DNA of 64,000 bases from Octopus vulgaris (Eukaryota), in NCBI GenBank assembly GCA_951406725.2, contig OX597818.1, forward strand, positions 82,708,001-82,772,000. The letters are read 5' to 3'. Shown here one piece after another: positions 51,811-64,000 of the stretch. Position 1 is the first letter of the stretch. The number at the start of each line of letters is the position of its first letter. The position numbers and the translations under genes are program-made. The notes below the pieces were generated by a model, which saw nothing but the letters and a program-made list of their open reading frames with translations, did no database searches and was not told the origin of the DNA.

Positions 51811-53672
51811 TGTTGTCAGTTCAGCCTTGTACGCTACTGGTATCATGTAACCCAGTTAGTCGTCAGTGACAAAACCGGAAACACCACTAAGTTTTCTTGA
51901 TGAAAAAGGTGGTTATTAGAAACCTTGTGAGGTGCAGCACAAAACCCGACAAAGGGCGGTCATTTAATATGCTGAAAGAAACGAAGGGAAGAAATTGAAT
52001 GACTACCTTTTATGTGGTAAGTCCGAAGGAATAAAAGGCAATTATAAGGCTAAGATGGTGACCCAAGAAAATCACTCAAACGGGGATCTCGCGAGACACG
52101 CATTTGTAATAAGCGATAACAAGGATGAATAATACAACCGAATCAAGCACCAGGGTCGCGTTTGAAAGTCAATCGGACTGTAAATCCCTACTGGTTGGGA
52201 TTGGTTGTTCAATTACATCAAAAGATAATAATGATGATGATGATGATGAGACAGGAAACAACCTGATGCGACTTTTAATGTGCTCTTATTCATGTCCTCC
52301 ATCTCGTGAATTTTTATATTACAGCGTTAAATTACATGTGACAGTCACACATCTATCACCAATCCATGAAACATTAATAACAGAGAAACTAAAGATATAG
52401 ACATGATACTTAGCTATGACGACATTGTAGAAAACTTGACCCATAGACATAATATATCCTCATTTTTTCCAGTAACCTAAAGATAGGTTAATTTACTCAG
52501 AAAAATCTGACATGGCATTTGCTAGAAGTGATATTGTAGTTTCGGTAATACTTAGAATGAAACGATAAGTTATATCACTTTATTTATGGAATAACAATAC
52601 GTCAGTATTCTATTTTTGCATTTAATTTGCAAGATTCTTGATGCAAACGTGTTTTATGTTGGGAGGTTCACTATGCCAATAATAAACACATGCATCGGTT
52701 CTGATTCACTTCCTCGATAGTTTATTGTCAATTGGTTAAGTATTTAACCAATTAAGTAATGCATTATACATTTAAATGTATTTGTCTCTATTCGCGACCT
52801 AATCAATTAAATGGCCCCTCTACACCAGCTCTAATCTAAGTCTCTCTGTCCTGAATTTATGTTTATTGTGCTTTTATGCCTATAACGAGAATCTTCCCAA
52901 AGTAACTTTATATATTAAATTCAAGATATTATATCATAGCACAAAAAATACGAAGTTTAAAAATTATGAGAAATTTTTCAAAAAGAATAACAAAACACAT
53001 ATTTTCGTATATCGACAAATAATAGCTACTATGAAATCTTTAACAGAAATTTTCTTAAAGATAACTAATCTTTCCATCACGGTAATCTCTCTCTCTATAT
53101 ATTCAAAAACGTTGTCGAACACTAAAAATTCTGCTTCTCGTCTTACCTTGTAAATACATTGATCCAATGAATTTTTGCCAACGCAGTTAGCTGTCGAATG
53201 CTTAAATTTATTGTGCTAATTTGCAATCAGACAATATTATTGGGTTCAAATCCTTCCTCTGGCCAAATGAAGATATATTCAAATGCACTTACATCTATTT
53301 TTCAAGGTTTAAGTTTATAAAATTTTGGAAATTTATCAACGATTTTTCAATGAGTCAAGTGCAAGAGAGTCTTAAAATTAAATTGAGTTTTTTGGAGCAA
53401 ATTGCACTGTATACTCATGAAGCCTTTCGTTCTAAATTCTTTTGAAGTCTATCTTCTAAACTTTATCACAAAACTACTGTAATTTAGACCAAAAGTTTGT
53501 CTTTTTGTTATTGCAAGCACGCTTCTAAGTACATGCTGTATCAACTGCCTCAATATTAAATACGTACTATATCTACTTCATACCTATTAAAATCTCCAAC
53601 TTCTGAAGACAATTGAGTCAAATAACCACCATTTGATCGGGCCTCCGCACCTCCTTTAATTATTTAAACATA

Positions 53673-53809
53673 GGCGCAGGCGTGGATGTGTTGTAAGAAT
53701 CACATGGTTTCGGATTCAGTCCCACTGCGTGGCACCTTGGTCGAGTGGTTTCTCCTATAGCTTCAGGCCGACCAAAGCCTTGTGGACGGATGTGTGTGTG
53801 TGTGTGTGT

Positions 53810-53849
<40 letters not shown>

Positions 53850-54070
53850 ATGTGTCTGTGTTTGTCATTCCATCACCGTTTGTAAAACGATGTTGGTGTG
53901 CTTACATCCCTGTAACTTAGCGTTTCGGCACAAGAAATTTATAGAACAAGTACTAGGCCCAAGAAACACATTCTGGGGTCGATTTGTTCGACTAACACCC
54001 CTCAAGGTGGTGATCTAGCATGGCCGCAGTCAAATGACTGAAGCAAATAGAAGAACGGGAGAATAAAAGA
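53673..54070 (+). mobile_element. SINE family A
   Basis: Head, internal (TG)n, tail. Confidence 0.9.
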
Positions 54071-54601
54071 CTACTTTATATATATTTGAGATTTTTCGAA
54101 TTAATTTCATCACATGTTTCAGGTAAGAAGTATACACAGGTTTTCGTTTTCGTTTTTTAAACTCACCCCAACAACCATTTTCTTCGAACTCGATCAATTG
54201 TTTAAAATTTCATGTTTCTGCTTTTTAATGTATTCGATATTTCTTCCTATTATATTCGTATGTTTATACATACCAATATCTCCGAGTATTTATACACGCC
54301 CCTATATCATATTCCCATATATTTTTCGATATTTTCAACCAGCTTCCTCTCTTCAAGCTTTGTTTTGTATTCAACAGTTGCATGACCAACTTATAAGATA
54401 CTTTATTGTCTTCTTTCAACCATATTCAATTGAAACTTATTTTGATATTCACACATTTCCGTTGTGTGCCTTTTTATAAAACTTCCATTTGTTCTATCTT
54501 TCTTAATCCTCCGAATATCGGAATCGAGAAACACAGAATAATGATTAGCGAAATTTTATTATGAAATATGTTTATATTTATATGTATCTACACACACACA
54601 A

Positions 54602-54633
<32 letters not shown>

Positions 54634-55249
54634 ACGCGCGCGCGCACACAAACACACACATACATATATATATTTAAACATACATATATATATATATATA
54701 TACATACATATATATACATATATATTTGTATATATGTATATATACATACGTTTCTATACATAGATAGACACACACACATACATCTAGATATGACCATATA
54801 TACATTTTAAGCAATAACGCATATATACACATGTCTGTGTGTATATTGGTCTGTGTACATGTATACGCGTGTATAAAACATAGAGAAGTCCTACACTAAC
54901 ATCTTTGTACCAAAAGATAAGAGAAAATAATAATCGATCGAAATAGCAATACATTTTTCTTTTCCATTTATTTAAGATAGTTTGATTAACATCTCTAATA
55001 CCTTTCTGTTCCCCACCGCCACCGCCACCTCCTCCTCCTCCTCCTCCTCCTCCTCCTTCTTCTTCTTCTTCTTCTTCTTCTTCTTCTTCTTCTTCTTCTT
55101 CTTCACTCTCACGTCCATTTGCTTATCTTTACGTTGTCGCCATAAGTATTTCCACCAGATCTTCGCTCAGTTCTTGAAAGCACTAAAGTCTAATAGAGCT
55201 AGCGTGCTCACCGTTCACTCACCAGAAGAAGCACAACTATCGTCAGCCC

Positions 55250-55306
55250 TCCTCTTCCTTCTCCTCCTCCTCCTCCTCATCATCATCAGCATCACCACCA
55301 TCACTA

Positions 55307-55338
<32 letters not shown>

Positions 55339-55556
55339 TACTATCATCATCATCTCCATCATCATTACCATCATTATCACCATCATCACCACCATCATCA
55401 TCACCACCATCATCACCATCATCATCACAATCATCACCATCAACACCATCAACACCATCACCACCATCATCACAATCATCACAATCATCACCATCATCAC
55501 CATCATAATCACCATCATTAGCACCATCATCACCACCATCATCATCATCATCTTCG

Positions 55557-55587
<31 letters not shown>

Positions 55588-55820
55588 CATCATCATCATC
55601 CTCATCACTATCATCATCATCATCACCATCATCATCACCAGCATCATCACCATCAACACCATCATCATCACTACCACCACCATCATCATCATCGTCATCA
55701 TCATAATCATCATAATCATCATCATCATCGTCATCGTATCATTATCATCATCGTCATCGTCATCGTCATTGTCATTGTCATCGTCATCGTCGTCGTCGTC
55801 GTCGTCATCATCATCGTTAC

Positions 55821-55863
<43 letters not shown>

Positions 55864-55935
55864 GTCATCGTCGTCGTCATCGTCATTGTCATCGTCATCG
55901 TCATCGCCGTCGTCGTCGTCATCATCATCATCAGT

Positions 55936-55980
<45 letters not shown>

Positions 55981-55995
55981 GTCATCATCATCATC
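55250..55995. repeat. ~750-bp (CAT/CAC/CGT)n tract
   Basis: Direct reading. Confidence 0.95.
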
Positions 55996-56764
55996 GCCAG
56001 TTGCAGCAACATTGCTAAAACAACCACATTTTATGAGCCAATGTAAGATCTCCTATATAACCTCATGGACTGATAGGAACGGAAATCAAAACGTTCTTGA
56101 AAGCAGACAATTATCTATTATAATATTTAAAAAAAACAGAAGCGAGGAACAAGCACCAGGGATTCTGTATTTGGTCCTGCGGTCTGCTAAAATTAGCAGC
56201 CAAAACACCCTCAAATATATTCTGTATGTTCTGCTTTTGATACCTTACTTTTTTTATTCTATCTTTTGTTTATTATTTCGTTTCTTCTTTCTTTTCCCTC
56301 ACTTAATCATTTATTCATTTATTCATTCTTCAGCTTTCATTTCTTTCTGTCTTGATTTCCTTCCCTCCCTCCATCCCGCTAGCTTTCTTTCTTTCAGTTT
56401 TACTGTGTTTCATTCTTTCTCTATTTCATTCTTTTCTTCCTTCTTTCTGTATATTTTTTTCTTTTTCTTCCTTTCATTTTTCATTCTTAGTTTGCTTCTT
56501 TCTCTTTTTTCCTTCGTTTATTTTTTTCTTGTATTCTTTCTTTCTTGCTCTCTTTCTTTCTTCCTTCTCTTCTTCCTTCCTTCCTTCCTTCCTTTCTTAT
56601 CTTTATCTCTTTCCTTCCCATTGACATTTCATTGATTTCTCACCAAAATCTTTAAAACCCTATTAAGTAAGAATATTTTTTTTATTTTATTTCATTTTGA
56701 CCGGTTTTGCACATCTTAAACTGAAGTAAACGACCCTATTGTACACTCCATTCGCAACACCCAT

Positions 56765-56832
<68 letters not shown>

Positions 56833-57116
56833 ATACTCATTCACACAGACAGCAACAGTAATGGCGGCAGCAACACCATCACCATCACCATCACCAACGG
56901 CAGTGCACTAACGCAACTCCGTTAGCAATGCCAAAAGTTGTCGCAGAAAAGCAGAAATCAATTTAAGAGTCGAGAATTCCTGATATTTCTGTCCATACAA
57001 ACAAGCTGGATTGTTTTGCAGTCACACGTCTATAGGTATCTGTGTGATGCTTTCATTGTTTGTAAGTGCCAACTTATGTGTATCTATGTGTTTGCGTTTG
57101 TGTATGGCAGGGAAGT

Positions 57117-57161
<45 letters not shown>

Positions 57162-57250
57162 CATACACACACGTATATGTATATATGTATGTGTGTAAGA
57201 ATATATCCAAGAAGTTATTAGACTCGCATGGAAGGTTATGTGAGTAACAG

Positions 57251-57288
<38 letters not shown>

Positions 57289-57370
57289 CTGTGTGTATGT
57301 ATATATGCATACGTGGATCTAGGTATCTGTGTGAGTCTACTATGATTATAGAGACACATAGAAACGTTAT

Positions 57371-57401
<31 letters not shown>

Positions 57402-57482
57402 TACATATATATATAAAATACTCGTGTATATGTATGCGTGTGCATATATATATATGTTTGTATATATATATATATATATACA

Positions 57483-57528
<46 letters not shown>

Positions 57529-57758
57529 TTTATGTATGAATAGGTAAATAAGTATACATCAATATATGCAGGTACACACGCGTCACACATCAGCTTATGC
57601 ACAGACAATGATTCACACACACACGCACACACACGCACACACACATATTTACAGAATCACACAAATTTATGTTTTTCTATATTTGTTTCCTTGTGTCAGT
57701 ATGTATGCGTATGAAAGTTTGTATACGTGTGTTTGGATATGTGGCACATACATGTAAG

Positions 57759-57794
<36 letters not shown>

Positions 57795-58217
57795 CTACGT
57801 GTGAGTGCAAGTGTGCCTGAGTGCAGGAGTGTGTGTGTATGTGTTTGTATTTGTGTGGGTGTGTGTGAGAGAATGTGCTTCTCTATAATACGCCAGTTAC
57901 AGTTATGACCACAATCTTGAAGATTGATTACTGCCAGTCGGTTTCAGGAAATGAAAGTCTTATCAGAAAATTGTTCAATTGCACGGGAATTTACTGGGGC
58001 AAAATGTATCAATAATAATAGATGTGACCTTGGTTCATTCTATCCTAGCATCGCATTACTACCAACGCCATCACTATCAGCATTACCGCCGCGAAAACCA
58101 ACACCACTGCCTGCATTGTCTTTATCGCTGGTGTCTCCGTCGTCATTGCCATGACCAACATCTTTGTCGTCTTCTTCGTCTTATCTCCGCCTGCCGAAAA
58201 CAAAATCTAAAGCAACA

Positions 58218-58219
58218 TA

Positions 58220-58311
<92 letters not shown>

Positions 58312-58392
58312 TAATAATAATAATGATAATAATAATAATGATAATAATGGTAATGATAATAATAATAATAATAATAATGATAATAATAATAA
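58218..58392. repeat. (TAA)n microsatellite
   Basis: Direct reading. Confidence 0.95.
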
Positions 58393-59399
58393 TATTTTCG
58401 TTTCCTTTATTACTTCTCTATTACAGCATACATATCTTTCTTTTTCACTCTGGCGCCAAGTTCAGACAGCTATCTACACCCACCCGCATGTGATAGCTTT
58501 TCGACGTTTTTTTTTTTATTTCTCCACTCATTTATTAACCTTACGTTTCTCGAACATAGAACTTACGCAGTCAAGGTTAAATGGTGGAATGGTTACAGAA
58601 CTGGAGCACAACTGGATTATGCATCATAGTTTCAATTTCACAACGGGCGTGTGGTTGTCTCCTCGTTTCGTTTATTGAGCCCGAGGATCGTTTCTATTCA
58701 AGCAAATCAATGACAGCTGGTTTCGATTCGAAGGTAATTTCGCTGCCAAATTTATAAGAATGAGTTAACGCTTACTAGATTTCATTAACTAGCAGTCTTT
58801 TCTTTACATAATTACATATATAGAGCAATTAAATAAATGTCTCAGATGATCTCATCATGAATAGACGTCAGGTCTTCCACGATCATTACGTGACATTTGA
58901 CTTGCTTCACATCAAAATGTAGATTCATATTTCTTCTATGTTAACATCTTATAACCGTAGCGGAGTATCTACAGTTATAAATAGTTCTGTGGTATGCAGA
59001 ATGCATTTATAATATGACAACTAATATTTCCTCGGTCATTTTCCCCCTCTGTTAATCGTTAACGTCCTACAGGTAGTTAGAATAAAACGTTTCCTCTCCT
59101 TACATGCAACAATTGTATTTGAAAATATGTTTAGGCGAAAGCCTTTTCGACTTGTTTCAAGACTTGCACGCATTAAAGAAAGGATAAGGAATTTTTAAGT
59201 TCATGTAGACCCGATTTCTAAAACCTTGCTTTGAAATTATCTTCCACAAACTTTAAATAGCGGGATTTATCGCTGAAATAGAAAATGGCTCTTACTGCAA
59301 TATCTTGAGATATCAGTTTTGTATCTTTACAATAAACACTTTAAATATTTCATTTTCATATTTTTAATATTTCAAATTATTTCCCGTATACATTCGGTT

Positions 59400-61861
59400 A
59401 TCTTACTTCAGATCATTCCAGATATTATTAAATTCTCCCCAAAACACAATTACTTGTCAATGTTTGAAAGAGTATAAAAACAAGTAAAACTACATTACAT
59501 TAGGACTTCTTTCTTTATTACCTGATTAACCAAGCAAGTAACTAACGTGTGCCCTTCCTCGTTAGATATTGTCTACAACTCTGGAATATTTCTAGTGTTC
59601 CAGTTGTTTACACTGTAACCATACTCATAACTGTATTTTTAAGCATATAACTCTAAATAGCTGACGTCTGTGTTTATCGTATTACTAAAAAATCTCTTCG
59701 TTTAGCAACTTCAGGTAGTAACATTTCCAAACCGGTTTCTTCTCGGCATCAGATAGTATCAATTCGCTTTTATTCACACGCACCAAATACATCTTCATTT
59801 ACATTTACGTGCTGTTTCTCAATTTGGAATACTACGTCTCTAACCCACAGGACACTTTCAAATCTGGCTCCCAACTTCTCCAAGCTGATCCATCCTCTTA
59901 ACACTTGCAACAATTCTGAACAATGTTTATCGTTAGAAGATAACTGACAGAGTCATCACACTTATTGCTATGGTCCAAATCCATTTTGCATTAACCCCTC
60001 TCCCATATCTGAAAAATCAGGATTTAAAAAATATTACATATACTTTTGATACTCATTTCTTTCTATGTCAAGCTTTATGCCCACAATCCATAAAATACGT
60101 ATTGTTTTCAATCATACGCTATCTTTATAGCACACATTTTGAACTAGAATCCGGGTAGCTATGTACTTGCCCCTCACAACAACTCGTTTTGAGATAAAAT
60201 TTTTAACTAATTTTCTAGAACTAGCGCGCACAAGCGACGCATTAATTATCATTTCATGCCCTCTCAATATATTATTTAATGAATCCAGCTTGTGCACACC
60301 GAAAGCAATCGAAGCTATAACGTGCTTTTCACTCGGTGGTCAATTTGGTTTTAATTTAGAAAGATATCCTAAAGAAATGTAAGGCAACTCTTCATTAGTT
60401 CCATTCTTCCATTTTATCATATATTTCTCTGTTCCCAGTACATTACCTAAATCCAGCTTTCTTTTCATTATATTATTATGCTGGATTAATCTCGATCACG
60501 GGTTGTTTGCTAATGCTACATTAGCTGAGCTTATTCAAGTAGATATTTTCCATATTTTTAAACATTTCCCACTTCTGTCACGGAACATGCAGTCTAGGAA
60601 TGTATGTATATATTATTCAGGTAATATCTACAGCCAATATTCAATAATATTTTATTTTGCAACCTTCTAAGGACTAAATTTATTTAACTTCAGCTTTATA
60701 CTCTGAGATTACACTTCAGGCGAGCACTTGTTTCTCTTTTACACTTGTTTTTCTTGTTAGTTTAGCAGCTTTCTTCATATAACTGAGACAACGACGACTA
60801 ATTCTTTGGCATGTTTCCACAACTAAAACAGTTCACCACCATCAATTCATCGCAGGAGAGTTCGTTGTCATCCATTCACCGTGAAGAAAGTGTTTAAAAA
60901 TAATTTTTTTTTAATTAACCCACTGTGAACTTATCTCTCCATAAAACTACCTCGCTGCGAATTATTTTTTACGCTGAACTTACCCTGCGGTGAACTGGTG
61001 ACGGTGAACTTTTCCTGCGGTGCATGGATGACGGTGAACTTACCGGACATGGAAAAAGTTCGCTTTGCAAACGTATAGCTCCAAATATATGTATAATCTT
61101 ACAGCGTGGCATCTTTGGCAAGTGGTTTCTATCATATACTTATTGAAACCAAGCATCGGGAGTAGAATCAAGTAGATTGAAATAGTGGGGAAAACCGCTG
61201 AATGCACTGGGCCTGCTCGCGGATAGTAGAATTAATCTCTCACATCACCATTTGTAAAACCTTTACATCTGCGGGGATATCATAAGCATTTCCCACAATT
61301 TAGTGAGTTTTCAGACTAAGAGTCCAATGTGAAAATACTTCACTCTTGAACTGCGATCCTTTCTACTACAGTAATCCACAAGTTATGGCTACCTCGCTCA
61401 CTTCCTACAACATGTTTCAGACACGCTGCAAAAGCTATGGCCGCTACTCTTCGTCTTCTGTCTAAATCATAAAACCCTACTGATTTTCAGCTATAATTCT
61501 TTTGTCTCTGCTTTTATTTCCTTTTCATTTGTCTTTGCTTATTTTATCATTTTATTGGACGGTGAATCCATTTCGGCAGTTTATTTATGGCCACTTTGTT
61601 TCCTCTATGCTATGTTTCATTGCATAAGCATGGACAAACCAAACGAATCAATAGAATTAAAACAAACATAAATATCCAACAAGTTGGAGATTCGTTTTCT
61701 GTCAAACTCACTGCTTTATAATCATAGCCAATATCCTTAGTACTCATAAAACCGTGTCTATTTAACTGTAAAGCGAGTTATATGAGAAACAAGTATTTGG
61801 TTACCACCTTGTGTGTTCACATATACATACTTCAATAGACACACTTATATACATGCATACG

Positions 61862-61910
<49 letters not shown>

Positions 61911-63400
61911 GTGTATGTTTATGCATGTATATATACATATATGCATACATATATAATTTATATGTGTGTATGTCTTTGTGTGCTGTATGTGTGTACAATT
62001 CACATTCTCACTGTATAGTCACCTAGCTTGTAAGTAGATACATCTTGTCACTAACGTTCTCATTCTCTTCAATTGTATTTCCTGCATCGAGGCAAAACAT
62101 GTTGATATAATTAATATTGTTAACGAGAGTAGCAGCCTAACCTGTAACTTGGTATTGCATGGTAGTACACTATTTTGTTGTTATTGTGCTTGCTTTTTTA
62201 TGTTGTTATTGCTGTTGTTGTTGACATTTAGCCTTCAGTCATCGCTTATCGAACAGAATTATGATCAACGTCATTCAAACAGTGACCTTGGCTGGATAAA
62301 ATCCCGCGAAGAAGCTAATGTAAGCAGTTATAGTGGCAATATATTTATTCTGAAAACAATTATGGCGAACTGCTTTGCAGTTACTTAAGAAATACACCGG
62401 TTGTGGGCTTTCTTGAGTCGGCAACATTGATTGAAATTGCCGATTCGCAAATTCCATTCACGATTCAATCACGACATTTCGGTAAGCCTAAATGACGGAA
62501 TCAACACTCCAGTAGACATTCATTCCGACATATGAATTGCATTTGGCGTTAGAATCAACTTCATACACGCATCAGTGCTTACTTCTTCTATACTTCTAGA
62601 AACTTCTATGTTGTAGTACAGTATTGTGATTTATAGAGGAAGATAGATGTTTTATTGTGTTACGAGTTTTATATTCTCTAAGTGATCAACATTGGTCGCC
62701 TTTTGCTGATAAACAACCTTGTGGCCTACAGACATATCGGTTGTAACAACAGTCGGTGTATACAAAGTGCAGTTACGTCAAGAATCACATGATAACAACA
62801 TATCCGCAGTTGGCTGAATTGCTCCGTTCTTTAAGATCTTCATTCCTATCGTAAATGTTATTATAAGATTTCAGTTTATTTAATGTCGCGTTCGCATTTC
62901 TTTGGATCTGTAAACTTTTGTATGTGTTCGTTTTTTAACCTCTAAATGTAATACGGCTTTTTAAATTCCAACGACTTTCGTCGTATCATCAGATCACTCG
63001 CTCTATGGTTGGGTAGCTATAATTTACCAACGTCGGGCTGGTACATGTGGGGAGGCAGTGACACAGTCGTTATCGCTCGCCAGCGAAGAACCTTGAAAGA
63101 AAATACTGTGTACCTCCCAAATTTTTTCCGTGTTAACGCCATCGTGGTATACATTTTGATATTGCTATTCGTATCTTTGACATAACGCCATGCAATTGCG
63201 CATGGATGTTACTCTTCATCTCTATCCGATTCATATTTGATACTTAACCTCAAAAATCCCACTTGCTCTAAATTAACGTACCATTATTAGAACTGAAGTC
63301 CTTACGGTTGAATTGCGAAATATTTGTGAATCCTAGAAACTGTCCCCGCTCCCACTACGTAAAACGATTTAAATATATATGTTAGTAGAATGGTCAACAG
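59400..63400 (-). pseudogene. Long decayed intronless coding tract in three pieces (59400-60810, 61200-61800, 62395-63400), candidate endogenous viral element
   Basis: Protein-like frames HPCAIAWRYVKD, GVLIPSFRLTEMS*LNREWNLRIGNF, RVAAIAFAACLKHVVG, TYIPRLHVP*QKWEMF, SELLQVLRGWISLEKLGARFESVLWVRDVVFQIE; interrupted by a MITE, a degenerate SINE and a microsatellite. Confidence 0.4.
60828..61049. mobile_element. MITE with inverted ~15-bp-period subterminal repeats
   Basis: Left TTCACC/TTCATCG units; right CGGTGAACT units at roughly 14-16-bp spacing. Confidence 0.65.
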
Positions 63401-63429
63401 TTTAGAGTAAGCACTTGTGTGCTGCGACC

Positions 63430-63850
63430 GCTACTGTACTCCATCTCTGAAAGCATCATTTGGTGTCTCAACAAGATGTGAGAAGCTCTGTAGATGTTTC
63501 AACATCTTTGACTTCGAGGCCAGAGCTGTCTGGGTCACCAATCGATGACATCGACAAAACGTCCGCACAACAGTACTGAGTTTTGTTGAATAAGAGGCTG
63601 CGTCTCTGTGTTGGATGTTTCTATCATCCTCAATGCTGCTCATGCTGTACCACTCGTCGTCTCTCTTGAGCCAGATTTCGCTCATTTGGGTTTGCTTTCT
63701 CAGCAGCTTCCGACAATTTTCTAACAAAAACGTTTCTCTCATTGGCAGCTAGTCGAAGCCTTTTAAGCAACGAGTAAATCATGGTTCAAACAAATCCTCT
63801 AACACATAGTTCTAAAGAAAGGCTTACTGAATTCTAACCAACGTTTTCTC
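63430..63850 (-). mobile_element. HERO-like RLE non-LTR retrotransposon 3' end
   Basis: G*NSVSLSLELCVRGFV*TMIYSLLKRL...RKLSEAAEKA / IWLKRDDEW matches the GW...EVG.RGF...AAE..S.WLW.KR C-terminus; presumed 3' UTR follows. Confidence 0.7.
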
Positions 63851-64000
63851 AGGGAAGAAAGAAAAAAGACCCGAGGAATTGATAATATAATTCCTATTAG
63901 GACAAGTCAAATTTATAAAGTGGGTTTATAATTCTTCCCGATATTTAGGGTTAGAAAACATTTATGTCATTCATGTGTACTTTGTGAGTGAAATGTATTT

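Noticed and set aside
54110-54540. Possible Penelope linker/GIY-YIG remnant
   Set aside because: Only a short frameshifted KVSY-like match
55215-55260. Strong minus-strand splice donor G|GTGAGT
   Set aside because: Upstream sequence is pure repeat and no acceptor or coding frame supports an exon
55769-56635. 288-aa ORF, longest in the window
   Set aside because: Poly-Ser from (TCA)n plus a CT-rich low-complexity tract
58560-58710. Candidate minus-strand coding exon ending at GTAAGT
   Set aside because: All three frames contain stops

Overview
Eukaryotic, AT-rich, extremely microsatellite-dense intergenic or intronic DNA. The SINE repertoire and (TA)/(TG)/(TACA)/(TAA)/(CAT) load look like an octopus (coleoid cephalopod) genome; this is inferred from memory of such repeats and not verified. 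I find no intact host gene, and nearly every ORF in the supplied track is a translated microsatellite or SINE. The window is a mosaic of at least four tRNA-head SINE families (my labels A-D) and a (TAA)n-associated non-autonomous element. It also holds decayed RLE-type non-LTR retrotransposons (R4/Dong-like, HERO-like), CR1-like, RTE and Penelope-like fragments, mariner, Tigger, hAT and piggyBac-type DNA-transposon remnants, Helitron/HINE pieces and several long inverted repeats. The most unusual signals are: (1) several intronless, decayed, non-TE-looking coding tracts (40.4-42.1, 59.4-63.4, 52.9-53.7 kb on the minus strand) that may be endogenised toti-like dsRNA-virus sequence, one of them abutting the 3' end of an RLE retrotransposon; (2) a decayed ORF at 11.55-12.17 kb with a ~101-aa tandem domain visible mainly at protein level; (3) a circularly permuted retrotransposon end broken at its PD catalytic motif and embedded in (TACA)n; (4) a type I hammerhead ribozyme fold at ~1.0 kb; (5) two perfect long hairpins/palindromes. 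Translations were done by eye and most boundaries are approximate.
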